Positions 9,901 to 21,069 of a stretch of 64,000 nt of DNA are shown piece by piece; the first letter of the stretch is position 1; every line of letters starts with the position of its first letter. A model generated the notes under the pieces. It was not told the origin of the DNA and made no database searches. It worked only from the letters and a program-made list of their open reading frames with translations. A program made the translations under genes and the position numbers. Source of the stretch: an uncultured Aminicenantes bacterium (GTDB lineage Bacteria; Acidobacteriota; Aminicenantia; UBA2199); contig CBDAFS010000015.1 in the NCBI GenBank assembly GCA_965195285.1, positions 74,138 through 138,137 on the forward strand, given 5' to 3'.

Positions 9901-10755
9901 ATGGATGATTATTATAAAAATTTAACCGACTGCGTTAACCAATCTCTCCTTCAGGGAATTAATCCCAGCAAAAATTACCTGGAGGGAGCGGTTTACTATT
10001 CACTTTCTGTGAAGGGAAAGCGATTTCGTCCCCTGTTATTTCTCAGCTTGATCGAGGGATTTGGTCAATCACCCACCCAATACATTGATATTGCCTGTGG
10101 AATTGAATATATTCATACCTATTCACTGATTCATGATGACCTGCCAACCATGGACAATGATGATTTTCGTCGCGGCATGCCCACAGTACATAAACAGTTT
10201 AATGAACCGATTGCACTGCTGGCCGGAGACACACTCCTGACCCTGGCCATTGAAAGGGTTTCCCAGGCCAATATTTCGGAGCAAAAGACTGTCAGAATTA
10301 TAAGGATATTGACTTCCTGTATCGGCCTCAGAGGCATGGCAGGCGGGCAGGCAATGGATCTGGAGTTCAAAGGGGAGAAGGAAAAAATTTTCAGGATTCA
10401 ACGGATGAAAACAGCTGATTTGATCAGGGGAACACTATTGTCCGCTGCAGAGGTTTTGGATATGACCGATGTTCAAAAAAAAGCACTGGATATGGCCGGA
10501 GTGTTCATCGGAATTGCATTTCAGATGGCCGATGATTTACTGGATGTTATCGGCGATGAGCATGAAGTGGGGAAAAAGCTGCATAAAGATGCACTCAATA
10601 AGAGTCCGAATTCCGTGGTTTTTTACGGCAGGGAATTTATCGAGGAAAAAATTGATTTTTTATACCAAAAAACCATGGAAAAATTAAAAGAAATCAAGAT
10701 TGAATTTCCACCTTTTTTAAATTTAATAAAAAAAATGGCCTACCGGAGCCGATAA
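9901..10755 (+). CDS. ispA: Polyprenyl (farnesyl/geranylgeranyl) diphosphate synthase
   Basis: GKRFRP, SLIHDDLPTMDNDDFRRG and FQMADDLLD; directly upstream of dxs. Confidence 0.9.
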   Translation: MDDYYKNLTDCVNQSLLQGINPSKNYLEGAVYYSLSVKGKRFRPLLFLSLIEGFGQSPTQYIDIACGIEYIHTYSLIHDDLPTMDNDDFRRGMPTVHKQFNEPIALLAGDTLLTLAIERVSQANISEQKTVRIIRILTSCIGLRGMAGGQAMDLEFKGEKEKIFRIQRMKTADLIRGTLLSAAEVLDMTDVQKKALDMAGVFIGIAFQMADDLLDVIGDEHEVGKKLHKDALNKSPNSVVFYGREFIEEKIDFLYQKTMEKLKEIKIEFPPFLNLIKKMAYRSR

Positions 10756-12671
10756 TGGGGATACTGGACAAGGTTAATTTTCCATCTGATCTCAAGAAAC
10801 TGTCATTTCAGGAATTAGATCGATTATCCGCAGAAATCCGGGATGTCATTATCGATGTGGTATCCCGAAGCGGTGGCCATCTGTCATCCAATCTGGGTGT
10901 GGTTGATTTGACTTTATCGCTCCATCTGGCTTTCAATACTCCCCGGGACAAAATAATCTGGGATGTTGGACATCAGAGCTATACCCATAAAATCATAACC
11001 GGAAGAAAGGAAAGTATCTTTACCATCAGACAGAAGGGCGGTCTGGCCGGATATCCGGATATTCATGAGTCTGAACATGATTGCCTGAATACCGGACATG
11101 CGTCAACCTCACTGGCTTTTGCATCGGGTATGGCAGTGGCCAGGGATATGAATAAAAAAGATTTTCATATCATTGCCGTACTGGGTGACGGGGCGTTAAC
11201 CGGTGGTATGGCTCTGGAGGCCCTGAGTCACATCGGTCAGGTGAAACAGAGATTGATTATTGTATTGAATGACAACAAAATGTCCATCTCTCCGAATGTG
11301 GGGGGGATATCCAAGCATTTGAATTATCTGGTTGCCGGCAGGCCCTATATCCGTTTAAAGGAAATGCTGCAATCCGTTATGGGTTCCATTCCCGGAATTG
11401 GCAAGTCCATGGTTGAAGTGGCCCGGAAGATTGAAGTGTTGATGCGAACCATGATGGTACCCGGATCATTATTCGATGAACTGGGTGTAAAATATATCGG
11501 TCCCATTAATGGTCACAACATCAAGGAGATGATTAAAGAATTTGAAGAGGCCAAAAAGTATGATTTTCCGGTCCTGTTGCATGTGGTGACCAAAAAGGGA
11601 AAAGGATATCAGCCAGCTGCCGATAATCCGGTATCTTTTCACTCATCGGCTCCTTTTGATATTCAGAACGGAAAATTCATTAAGCCGGGAAATAAACCTT
11701 CTTACTCAAAAATTTTCGGCCAGACGGTCCTGGAGTTGGTCAGGAAGGATAACAAAATTATAGCCCTTACCGCAGCCATGCCCGAAGGTACGGGTCTGGA
11801 TATTGTTCAGAAGGAGTTCCCCGATAACTTTTTCGATGTGGGCATTGCCGAGCAATACATGTTTGATTTTGCCGGTGGGCTTTCGCTGGGAGGAATGAAA
11901 CCGGTAATTGGAATATATTCCACTTTCATGCAGCGGGCCATTGATCAGATTATTCATGATTTCACCTTGATGGATATCCCGGTAGTTGTAGGGATAGATC
12001 GGGCCGGTCTGGTCGGCGGCGACGGAAGTACCCATCAGGGCATTTATGATATTGCCATGCTCAGATCACTACCCAATGTGGTGATGATGGCTCCAAAGGA
12101 TGAAAATGAACTTCAACATATGATTTATACCGGGACCCGGTTGAACCGGATAGTTTTCATCCGATATCCAAAAGAACCGGGGGTGGGAGTGGACCTGGAT
12201 AAACGGTATAATGAGATCCCTTTTTCCAAAGCTGAAATCATGAGGGATGGCCGGGATGCGGTGGTTTTTGCGGTGGGTCCGCTGGTATACCAGGTTATAG
12301 AGGCTGCGGAGAAGCTGGCCAAGAAGGATCGGATAAATATCACCGTGGTTAATATCCGATATGTTAAGCCTTTTGACAAGGAATTGATTCTCAAGCTGGT
12401 CAGGAAAACCCGCAAGATTATAACCGTTGAGGATGGAATCAAGAACGGTGGATTTGGTTCAATGATCCAGGAGTTGCTAATTTCCGAGAGTATAAAAAAA
12501 TACAACATTTTATCCCTGGGTGTTTCAGAAGGGATTATTGAAGTGGCTTCCCGACAAGAACTACTGGAGAAATATCACCTGGATTCGGGGGGTCTGGTCA
12601 GAGAAATCAGGAATTTTTTGAAAAAAAATATTATAAACCGAATTTTAAATCCCAATATAGACAGAAGGTAA
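10755..12671 (+). CDS. dxs: 1-deoxy-D-xylulose-5-phosphate synthase
   Basis: GGHLSSNLG, WDVGHQSY, GDGALTGG, NDNKMSIS, DVGIAEQ and DRAGLVGGDGSTHQG. Confidence 0.95.
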   Translation: MGILDKVNFPSDLKKLSFQELDRLSAEIRDVIIDVVSRSGGHLSSNLGVVDLTLSLHLAFNTPRDKIIWDVGHQSYTHKIITGRKESIFTIRQKGGLAGYPDIHESEHDCLNTGHASTSLAFASGMAVARDMNKKDFHIIAVLGDGALTGGMALEALSHIGQVKQRLIIVLNDNKMSISPNVGGISKHLNYLVAGRPYIRLKEMLQSVMGSIPGIGKSMVEVARKIEVLMRTMMVPGSLFDELGVKYIGPINGHNIKEMIKEFEEAKKYDFPVLLHVVTKKGKGYQPAADNPVSFHSSAPFDIQNGKFIKPGNKPSYSKIFGQTVLELVRKDNKIIALTAAMPEGTGLDIVQKEFPDNFFDVGIAEQYMFDFAGGLSLGGMKPVIGIYSTFMQRAIDQIIHDFTLMDIPVVVGIDRAGLVGGDGSTHQGIYDIAMLRSLPNVVMMAPKDENELQHMIYTGTRLNRIVFIRYPKEPGVGVDLDKRYNEIPFSKAEIMRDGRDAVVFAVGPLVYQVIEAAEKLAKKDRINITVVNIRYVKPFDKELILKLVRKTRKIITVEDGIKNGGFGSMIQELLISESIKKYNILSLGVSEGIIEVASRQELLEKYHLDSGGLVREIRNFLKKNIINRILNPNIDRR

Positions 12672-12709
12672 AGACATTTTTATTGGTTGGACCGGGTTTC
12701 CCCGGATGA

Positions 12710-13993
12710 TCAATCCGGTATCAATTGTCCGGTTAGCTGAATCAATTCAATTTCCTTTAATTTGGCTTCGTATTTGGCAGTGGATACATTACTGCGGGAA
12801 CGAATAAGGTTGATCTGGGCTTCCCGGAACTGGGTAGTGGTTACCTGTCCCAGATTATACAATTCTTGGGTTCGCTTGAAATTCAATTCTGCTGCCTCAA
12901 CATATTGCTTTTGCAGGTCCAGCTCTAGCAAATTGTTCTTGTAGGCTTCATAGACATTAATAACCTTTTTTTCAAGAGTCAAGCGCTGGTCACGAACGGT
13001 TAATTCCTGGTTTTTCAATTCAATTTTGGCAATTTTTCTCTGCACGACGTTTTTGAAACCGTCGAAGAGATTTAGCTGGAGATTCAGGCCGATGCGGGTA
13101 TTTTCTTGGGGATCGTTAAGTGAAATTCCCCAGCCTCCTATACTCTGGTTGAGTCCATAGGAAGCGGAAAAAACCAGACGCGGATAGAATACCGAACTCG
13201 AAATTTTCACATCCAGTTGCAATTGTCTGAGATATTCCAGGGTTGACAAATAAGATGCATTACTGGATAGTGCGCGGACTTTCAGGTTTTCCAGTTGCAG
13301 ATCTGTCTGGAAACTGACTGCGGTTTCCACCCGAAAGGGATGATTTACCTCACGATTCAACAGTACATTCAGATTACGGCAGGCTTCTTCCCAGAGAAAA
13401 CGTGTCCGGTTAAGGATTACCTGATCTGCGGCAAAATCCACCTGAGCAGATAAAACCTCAATGGTTGTAGCCCTTCCGTATAATGAGCGTTTCCGGGCCC
13501 GTACCAGGCGCTCTTGAGAAATCTGCAGCATCTCCTCGGAAATAATCATCTGTTCATATGCCGATGCAGATGAATAATAGGCTGCACTCACCTCCAATAA
13601 TATCAGTTCGACTTGGTTGCGGGCCTCCAGATGTCCCAGACGTTTTCCGGACTGTAATTTCTTCCAGTTGAAGATATTTCCCAGGCCATCAAAAAGGGTA
13701 TAACTGGCCTGAATCTGGGTGCTGGTGGTGGTGCTGGTTTCTCTCTCATCGAATCCGATGCCACCTTCTTGATAGCTGGCATCTCCGCTTAGTTCCAGCT
13801 TAGGAAGCAATCCGGCATTGCCGATATGGGCATTGCGGTTGGCAATCAGGATATTATTCCTGGCCATTCTAATCTTCAAATTTTCCTTCAGGGCAATGGA
13901 AAGCGCTCTGGAATAGTTCAAATGATCGACTTCAGCCGGCAGCCAGAGAACCGTTAAACTCAGTAATATAATCAGGGTCATTGGTTTGTTCAT
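12710..13993 (-). CDS. TolC-family outer-membrane efflux protein
   Basis: Signal peptide, LPKLELSG and YTLFDG/LNLFDG repeats; last gene of an RND operon with ATGA overlap. Confidence 0.85.
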   Translation of the reverse strand: MNKPMTLIILLSLTVLWLPAEVDHLNYSRALSIALKENLKIRMARNNILIANRNAHIGNAGLLPKLELSGDASYQEGGIGFDERETSTTTSTQIQASYTLFDGLGNIFNWKKLQSGKRLGHLEARNQVELILLEVSAAYYSSASAYEQMIISEEMLQISQERLVRARKRSLYGRATTIEVLSAQVDFAADQVILNRTRFLWEEACRNLNVLLNREVNHPFRVETAVSFQTDLQLENLKVRALSSNASYLSTLEYLRQLQLDVKISSSVFYPRLVFSASYGLNQSIGGWGISLNDPQENTRIGLNLQLNLFDGFKNVVQRKIAKIELKNQELTVRDQRLTLEKKVINVYEAYKNNLLELDLQKQYVEAAELNFKRTQELYNLGQVTTTQFREAQINLIRSRSNVSTAKYEAKLKEIELIQLTGQLIPD

Positions 13994-16900
13994 TTGTCTT
14001 CCCCGCAAATAATGTCGGACTGTTCCCTGGCGAAAATTTCTTCACGAATGGCCGGCTCAACATCCTCCCGGGTCAGGTTCTTCTTGGAAATCTTTACTGA
14101 AAAATAAAAACGGGTGTTGTTTAATAAGGTGAGCATGGAGGGAAGCATCAGCAGGGTTAACAGCGTAGCGTACAACAACCCATAGGCAACAGAGATGGCC
14201 ATTGGCGATAGGAATTGGGCCTGGTGACTCTTCTCGAAGATCAGTGGTCCCAGTCCGGCTATGGTGGTCAGGGAGGTCAGGAGAACCGGGCGAAATCTGG
14301 AGAGTCCGGTATCGAAGAGAGCCTCTTTGAATTTTTTCCCCTGCTTGAGCATTCGGTTGAGGGTACTGACCAGCACCAGTGAATCGTTCACCACTATTCC
14401 GGCCAGGGCAATGGCCCCGAACCAGGACAGAATACTAACAATATATCCCTGAATAAAATGTCCCCAGAGGACACCCACAATACTGAATGGAATCAATATG
14501 ATTACTACCAGGGTCTGGCTGAAACTTCGAAAAGTGATGACGATTATCAAAAACATCAGGATGAAAATCGGAGGAGCAATACGTCCGATGGCTTTCATGG
14601 TTTTTAAATTTTCACGGCTCTGACCCTCGAACAAGAACTGTATGTCGGGATAACGGACTGCAATATCCGGTAGAATATCTTTTTTGATATCGGCAATGGT
14701 ATCCGGGACTGATTCTTTTGGATTGGTGATGTCCGCCTCCACATTGACCACCCGTTGGCCATCGATGTGGTTAATCGTCATCACCCCGCGATGGATGGAA
14801 AAATCGGCAATTTCGCCCAGAGGGTATTCCTTGTTGCCGGGTAACCGGATCCGCATGTTCTCCAGTTTTTGAATGGTGGAACGGTCTTTCTGGGTATAAC
14901 GCACCCAAATCTTGACTTCATCGATTCCACGCAGTATTCTCTGGGCCTCTCCGCCAAAAAAACCGGAGCGAACCTGACTGAGAACATCGGCAGTGGTTAA
15001 ACCCAGGGCATGGGCACTTTCTTTTAATCTAATGTTGACTTCCCTCAATCCCGGGGGATCGTCATCCACCACATCCTTTAATTTTTCAATTTTTCTCAAT
15101 TCCGCTTTGAGGGTTTCTTTGGCTTCCCGCAACTGGCCTAAATTATTGCTGGCCAGGGCAATGGATATGGGCTTCCCCCACCATCCCCGACCCCCGAATT
15201 CTAGTTTCTCCGCACCCGGGATCTTGCCCACCTGTTTCCGGATACGGTTGGTGGCCTTCATGTGATTCCAATCCCTTAGTTCACTGCTGATCAGGGTGAT
15301 CGCGAGGTTGCCCTGGTGGGTTCCCGGTCCGATACGGCGAGCGATTGAGAGTATCAAATTCTGACGGTCCTGATGTTGTTTTTTATAGATGTCATTAACC
15401 TGCCAGACCTTTTGCTCTATTCCGGACAGCAATGTATCGGTGATGGAATCCGGAGTGCCCGCAGGCATTTCCAGGATCACATCCACATTTCTACGCTCAA
15501 TGATGGGAAAAAAAGTGGTCTTGATCAAACTTCCCTGGAGGGCACCCAGGGTAATGATAAAGAGTGCCAGAGGCACTGCAATTCCGATCAATGGATACTG
15601 AATCACAAATTTAAGCGCAGGGCCATATACTCTTGTACGAATGGTTTTCAGGGTTTTGTCCGATACCCTTTCGATAATATTTTTACGCCGGGTATGATTG
15701 CACAGGGCCCGGGAATGGGCAATGTGGGCCGGAAGGATAAAGGTGGCTTCCACCAGTGAGAATAAAAGGGTGGCCACCACAACAAAAGCCAGATCGCGGG
15801 TTCGGTCTCCCAGGCCGCCTTCAAGGAAGAAAAATGTGGTGAAAATCACCACCGTGGTTAAAATGGAAGCCACAACCGAAGGCAGTACTTCAACGGTTCC
15901 CTTGACTGCTGCCTGGATCGGCTTTTCGCCCCGTTCGTGATGCTGGTAGATATTTTCCCCGATGACGATTCCATCATCAACCAGAATACCCAGAACCAGA
16001 ATCATACCCAGCAAGGACATAACATTGATAGTCAGATTGTAAAAAGGACCGAATATCAACATGCCGGCAAAGGAAACCGGAATGGCCAGGGCCACCCAAA
16101 AAGACATACGGGTATTCAGGGAAAGGGAAAGGAACAATAAAACCAGAAACATGCCCAGGAGACCATTGCTGGAGAGAACGTCAATCCGCTCCTGGATGAT
16201 TTCCGATCCGTCCCGAACCACATAGGCCTGAACATCCGGGTGGATCTGGTTGTAATTTTTGATATAGGCCTTTACCTGTTTGGTGATATGGAAGAGATCT
16301 TCACGGTTGGTGTTCTGTATGGTGACTCGGACTGCCGGATTTCCGTTGTGATAAACCCGGTTGGGATTTTCTGACCAACGGTCCTTTAAATCCGCCACAT
16401 CTTTGAGACGGATGATTACACCATCGTCGGTGGCTTTCAGCATATGGTTGGCCAGATCCCGGGCATAGTATCCCTTGACATTGGCCCGGATCAGCAACTC
16501 TTCCTGCTGTCCTTTAATTTTTCCCCCGGTCATACGGATATTGGCTTTCTGAATGGCAGAGATGACTTCCTGGAAGGTCAGTCCGTAGGCTCTCAGGTCC
16601 TTTTCTCTCAGTGCAATTTCGATTTCTTCGTCAGGGAAGCCGCTGAGGGAAATCTTGGAAATTCCCTCTTTTGACAACAGGTCTCGCTCCACACGGCGGG
16701 ACTCTTGTTTTAATCGAGCCAGGCTCACTTTTCCGAACAGAACAAAATCAATAGCAAAGTTTCGTGTTTCCCGGCGGTAAATAGTTAACCGCTCCATACC
16801 GACCGGAAAGGAGCTGACCTGATTAACCGCATTCTTGACATCCTGCAGAACCACATTGACATCATACCCGGTTAAAACCGTAATCGTTATCAGACAGGAA

Positions 16901-17163
16901 TTTTCGCTGGAGACCGATGTGACCCGTTCCAGGCCGGTCACTCCTTTCAGGTTGTCCTCGATCTTCAAAACAATGGCCTCTTCAATTTCCTCGGGCGCGG
17001 CACCGGGATAAGAAGCCTGAATCATAATGATCTTGCTGGGTATAATGGGAAAAAAGGTGGTTTTCATATTCTTGAATCCCACCCAGCCGAATAGGAACAT
17101 GGCTACCAGGAGCACATTTCCCAGGATTGGGTATTTAATGAATAGTTGAATGGCCTTTTTCAT
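13990..17163 (-). CDS. RND efflux permease (AcrB/AcrD/AcrF family)
   Basis: YPGAAPEEIE, GILVDDGIVIGEN, GIVVNDSLV and RFRPVLLTSLTT. Confidence 0.93.
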   Translation of the reverse strand: MKKAIQLFIKYPILGNVLLVAMFLFGWVGFKNMKTTFFPIIPSKIIMIQASYPGAAPEEIEEAIVLKIEDNLKGVTGLERVTSVSSENSCLITITVLTGYDVNVVLQDVKNAVNQVSSFPVGMERLTIYRRETRNFAIDFVLFGKVSLARLKQESRRVERDLLSKEGISKISLSGFPDEEIEIALREKDLRAYGLTFQEVISAIQKANIRMTGGKIKGQQEELLIRANVKGYYARDLANHMLKATDDGVIIRLKDVADLKDRWSENPNRVYHNGNPAVRVTIQNTNREDLFHITKQVKAYIKNYNQIHPDVQAYVVRDGSEIIQERIDVLSSNGLLGMFLVLLFLSLSLNTRMSFWVALAIPVSFAGMLIFGPFYNLTINVMSLLGMILVLGILVDDGIVIGENIYQHHERGEKPIQAAVKGTVEVLPSVVASILTTVVIFTTFFFLEGGLGDRTRDLAFVVVATLLFSLVEATFILPAHIAHSRALCNHTRRKNIIERVSDKTLKTIRTRVYGPALKFVIQYPLIGIAVPLALFIITLGALQGSLIKTTFFPIIERRNVDVILEMPAGTPDSITDTLLSGIEQKVWQVNDIYKKQHQDRQNLILSIARRIGPGTHQGNLAITLISSELRDWNHMKATNRIRKQVGKIPGAEKLEFGGRGWWGKPISIALASNNLGQLREAKETLKAELRKIEKLKDVVDDDPPGLREVNIRLKESAHALGLTTADVLSQVRSGFFGGEAQRILRGIDEVKIWVRYTQKDRSTIQKLENMRIRLPGNKEYPLGEIADFSIHRGVMTINHIDGQRVVNVEADITNPKESVPDTIADIKKDILPDIAVRYPDIQFLFEGQSRENLKTMKAIGRIAPPIFILMFLIIVITFRSFSQTLVVIILIPFSIVGVLWGHFIQGYIVSILSWFGAIALAGIVVNDSLVLVSTLNRMLKQGKKFKEALFDTGLSRFRPVLLTSLTTIAGLGPLIFEKSHQAQFLSPMAISVAYGLLYATLLTLLMLPSMLTLLNNTRFYFSVKISKKNLTREDVEPAIREEIFAREQSDIICGEDK

Positions 17164-17174
17164 AATAGAATTTC

Positions 17175-18281
17175 CTAATTTTCTGATACCCGAGCACCTT
17201 CCCGGGCTTCGACCCAGGTTTCACCCAGTATTCGAGTACCATCTGACAGGCCCCTTACAATCACCCGATCACCCATTTCCCCGACAATTTCCACTTTTTT
17301 GAGTACCAGCCGGTTATCTTTAACCACATAAACCTGGTCATTGTCTACCATTAAATCCTTGGCCAGGGTAAAGGCCATGGCAATGGGGGTTCCCCGGGCA
17401 TGTCCGTTCATATACATACCCTCCTTTAACAGTGGATCTGAAAGATGGATGTAAACCTTTACTGTCATGGAATTGCGGTCAATTACCCGGTTGATCCGCT
17501 GTATTCGACCTTTGAAGTCTCCGTTTACATCCTGGGTTTTCAAGTTGACTGTCTGGCCGACTCGAATCCGGCTCAGGTCAAAAAGACCGACCGGTGCTTC
17601 CAGTTCGTACAACTTGGTATTGGTGAATTCACCCAGTTTCTGACCGATCCTCACCAGGGTACCGGGATTGATGTTGGACTGAGTCACCAGGCCGGAAAAA
17701 GGGGCATTTATGGTATATTTGGCCAGAGTGGCTTCCATGCTTTTAATGTTGTAGAAAGAATTGAAAATATTACGTGAAGCGATATAATATCGTTCCTTTT
17801 CATTGGCGGGTTCCGGAAGCAGCGCTAAAGGTTTATCCAATTGGAATTGCCGTAAGTATTTTTCCCAGCGTTTGGCACTGGCGGGGAAATCAATGCTTAG
17901 ATCGGGTAAAAGCAGGGTCAGTTGGTTCAGCAAGCTGCTTTTCTGGGCCAGTACATTGTTGAGGTATACCTGATCGTCAATCATGATAAGCGTCTCTCCT
18001 TTACGAAAGGCGGTACCTTCTCTGAACTGTTTGCCGGTTCTTAGCAGGATTCCCGAGACCTCTGCATATATCTCCAGTTTGTCATACGCATAGAGGTGGC
18101 CGCTGATTTCAATAGGGGCATGGATGTTTTTGTTAACAACTGTGATTAACCTGGGTAAGGTGGCCTGACTGGCGGAAGGTTTTCGGCGCATGGGTTCCTT
18201 CTGATTACTGAGTATATTTCCGATGACAAAACTGATAACAACAATAGCCAGGGCTATTAATCCGATCCATTTCTTATTCAA
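17175..18281 (-). CDS. RND periplasmic adaptor (membrane fusion protein)
   Basis: N-terminal anchor, AEVSG and INAPFSGLV hairpin/lipoyl motifs; upstream of the RND permease. Confidence 0.88.
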   Translation of the reverse strand: MNKKWIGLIALAIVVISFVIGNILSNQKEPMRRKPSASQATLPRLITVVNKNIHAPIEISGHLYAYDKLEIYAEVSGILLRTGKQFREGTAFRKGETLIMIDDQVYLNNVLAQKSSLLNQLTLLLPDLSIDFPASAKRWEKYLRQFQLDKPLALLPEPANEKERYYIASRNIFNSFYNIKSMEATLAKYTINAPFSGLVTQSNINPGTLVRIGQKLGEFTNTKLYELEAPVGLFDLSRIRVGQTVNLKTQDVNGDFKGRIQRINRVIDRNSMTVKVYIHLSDPLLKEGMYMNGHARGTPIAMAFTLAKDLMVDNDQVYVVKDNRLVLKKVEIVGEMGDRVIVRGLSDGTRILGETWVEAREGARVSEN

Positions 18282-18434
18282 CTTGGCTCCTCCTGTTTTA
18301 GATAAAAAACCAATTAAACAAATCTATAAAGGAAATCTTTCAGTTTTTTTTAACGAAACAATTCTCATTCTATCACATGTTTCTGCCTTAAACAAGAAGT
18401 TGAAAAGAGGACCAAATCGCTATGGACACTGGAG

Positions 18435-19034
18435 TCATAAACCCAGTATATCTGTTATCCGTTTCAATATGGTTTTTAAATCCTGGTTGCCATCTATAAT
18501 GTGAATGTTTTTCCCGGTAAGAGCCAGATAATTTTTTCTGACCTTTTTCAAAAATTTTTTCTGCTCAAAAAGCTTTACCCGGGAATTACGGCTCTTTTTT
18601 ATACGGTTCATACCAATATTTACATCTACATCAATAATAAAGGTGATATCCGGCTCCGGGGCGAATTCCCGGTTCATCTGAATAATCTCGTCCATGTTCA
18701 TTCCCCGGGCTCCCTGATAACAGGCGGTTGAATAGTAATAACGATCCAAAATCACGGTTTTGTTCTGACTGAGGGCCGGCTTAATATTATGGGATACATT
18801 GAATTTTCTATCTTTAATGAAATAATTTAGTTCTTCTTCCAGGGGGATACTACTTTTAAACCTGGATATTTCTCTTATTTTTTTCCCCCAATTGGAATCA
18901 GAGGGTTCCCGCAGCCAGGCGACCGGAAGATTTTTTTCTTTCATATAATCAAAAAGCATTTTGGATACAGTGGTTTTGCCGGAACCGTCAATTCCTTCAA
19001 AGACAATTAGTTTGTGTGGTATTATTTCAGACAT
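18435..19034 (-). CDS. tmk: Thymidylate kinase
   Basis: FEGIDGSGKTT, LREP, ILDRYYYSTACYQG and PDITF. Confidence 0.93.
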   Translation of the reverse strand: MSEIIPHKLIVFEGIDGSGKTTVSKMLFDYMKEKNLPVAWLREPSDSNWGKKIREISRFKSSIPLEEELNYFIKDRKFNVSHNIKPALSQNKTVILDRYYYSTACYQGARGMNMDEIIQMNREFAPEPDITFIIDVDVNIGMNRIKKSRNSRVKLFEQKKFLKKVRKNYLALTGKNIHIIDGNQDLKTILKRITDILGL

Positions 19035-19098
19035 TTATTTTATTCATTCAGGATCAAAAATATATCATAATTATCGGTATTAATAAATACGGTAAATA

Positions 19099-20910
19099 TC
19101 AAATGAATTCTGCCAGTTTCATTTCCACCTTTTTTTCAACGGTTTTCAATGCATCTGCCAATTGATAATCCGGTGATGATTCAATTGACAGGCGCTCCTG
19201 CTTGAGAAAGTCGTAAGCGGTCTTTAGAGCCCGGACATAATCCCCCTTTTTGATGACATCCAGAAAACCGGGTGATTGATGTAATGATTGATTGTTCAGC
19301 AGATTGTTCAGATAATCAAACCGGGTTTCAACCTGATTAACCAATGGAAAATGAAATACGCTTCTGTCGGCTCTCAATATGGTTTTGGTTTTAATCTGTC
19401 CTTTGAACCGCTCATTACTGTTCAACAGCTCAAAGAGGGGTGTACTGGAATACGGAATGAGGAATGGAGAGTGGGCCAGTATAAAAAATGAAGGGAATTT
19501 CATTTTCAAATGAATGATGAGAAGAAACTCCCGGATGAACTCCTCCCAGCTGGAATCATGGTCACTGCTGATCCAGTAATGGTAGTTGAGGATACCCTTA
19601 TTTTCAAATGCATCCAGGAGGGTTTCGATCTGATTTTGATTCGGGATCCATTTTCCCAGTTTTTTTCCCCTTTTTTTCAAAAAAGTATCGGTGCCCAACC
19701 AGAGGAGGGGCCGGTTTTTTACAAACAGGGATGGATCCGAGAGCATTTCTACGATTTCAGGGGTTAGCTGTTGTTTCCGGTTGAAAAAAGAAGCGATTGA
19801 AGTCTGGACTCCCCATAATTTGAAATGGTTTTTTTTGATGGCATGAAAGACTCCAGACGCAAAGTGAGGATCCTGCAGGATATCATCGTCATTGATATTA
19901 ATGGTTTTGGCTGGTTCTGGGGCAATTTTATGGAATTTCAGTTTTTCTGAAAATGTTTCCAGCAAACCGGATATTTTTTCCAGAGGGATTTGTCTCAATG
20001 TCCGGCCCTGAACCCGGGAGCAGAATATACAGCCCCGGTTGCACCCCCGGGTTACATTCAATTCAAGCCCGTTTCCGAAATGGCTGGCATCCAGAAAATC
20101 CAGGTTGAAATGAAATTTGCTGAAATTCTGCGGTTGGTTTATATAATCAAAGTCGGAAATAATCATTGTCCCTTGGCTTTGAAACAGAAACCCCCTCCAT
20201 TTGAACAGTTCATCGATATTATTCAGGTGAATGGCCTTCAACAAAGAAGGTAAAATGAATTCTGATTCTCCCCGGATCATTAAATTGATTTCAGGCAGAT
20301 GATAAGCGGATTGAAGGGGATTCAGGCTGATTAAGGGTCCACCGGCTACAATCAGGCCCTGGTACTGCGGCCTGATTAAATTCAGAAATTCCGAAATATC
20401 CATCAAGGAATCTTCATACAGAGTTAATCCCAAGGCATCATAATAGTTCCAGTTCAGGTTCGGTGGAACAGCGGGAAGCGGGATAATGCGGGTATGGACT
20501 TCAAATTCCGCTTCCGATAGAGAAGATCCGAGAAACAGCCAGGCAGTGGGTATTTGGATGGACTTCCACCTAATATCTGAGAGCATTGAGGGGTAAATAA
20601 GGAGTACTCTGTTTAGAGAATAAGAAAGGGAAATATTCTTTTTCAAGGTAAAGGTATCATGAATATCTCTTTTGATGTTGGAAAATCTATGGTCTTTCAT
20701 TTGAATGCTCATTATATTTTTGTTTATATAAATGGAATTGGAGGAATGGTTTTTATCCAGGTTGACCTTGATAAAGGTGCAGTGCTTTTCATTCAGTTCT
20801 CGCCACTGCTGGATATCCAACAGAATTTCCATCACCTGTGGCGGAGAAAAATCCAGGGGATGATACGAAATCAGCCACTTCCCGGTCAATGCATCCTTAA
20901 AATTACTCAT
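19099..20910 (-). CDS. Radical SAM protein with a probable N-terminal B12-binding-type domain
   Basis: TRGCNRGCIFC (CxxxCxxC), VAGGP, RGESE and INDDD. Confidence 0.75.
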   Translation of the reverse strand: MSNFKDALTGKWLISYHPLDFSPPQVMEILLDIQQWRELNEKHCTFIKVNLDKNHSSNSIYINKNIMSIQMKDHRFSNIKRDIHDTFTLKKNISLSYSLNRVLLIYPSMLSDIRWKSIQIPTAWLFLGSSLSEAEFEVHTRIIPLPAVPPNLNWNYYDALGLTLYEDSLMDISEFLNLIRPQYQGLIVAGGPLISLNPLQSAYHLPEINLMIRGESEFILPSLLKAIHLNNIDELFKWRGFLFQSQGTMIISDFDYINQPQNFSKFHFNLDFLDASHFGNGLELNVTRGCNRGCIFCSRVQGRTLRQIPLEKISGLLETFSEKLKFHKIAPEPAKTININDDDILQDPHFASGVFHAIKKNHFKLWGVQTSIASFFNRKQQLTPEIVEMLSDPSLFVKNRPLLWLGTDTFLKKRGKKLGKWIPNQNQIETLLDAFENKGILNYHYWISSDHDSSWEEFIREFLLIIHLKMKFPSFFILAHSPFLIPYSSTPLFELLNSNERFKGQIKTKTILRADRSVFHFPLVNQVETRFDYLNNLLNNQSLHQSPGFLDVIKKGDYVRALKTAYDFLKQERLSIESSPDYQLADALKTVEKKVEMKLAEFI

Positions 20911-21069
20911 GGTTTGCTCTCATTATACACCAAATGGATCGGGTGTTGGACTTGACAATCAAAATCAAGGTTCTATAAGTAACTATAAATTACCATGTTT
21001 GTTGAGATCCGAAACTCTGGTTTGCGTTATTGATTAAATTGAACTATAGTGGTTGTATTGGTATGTGAA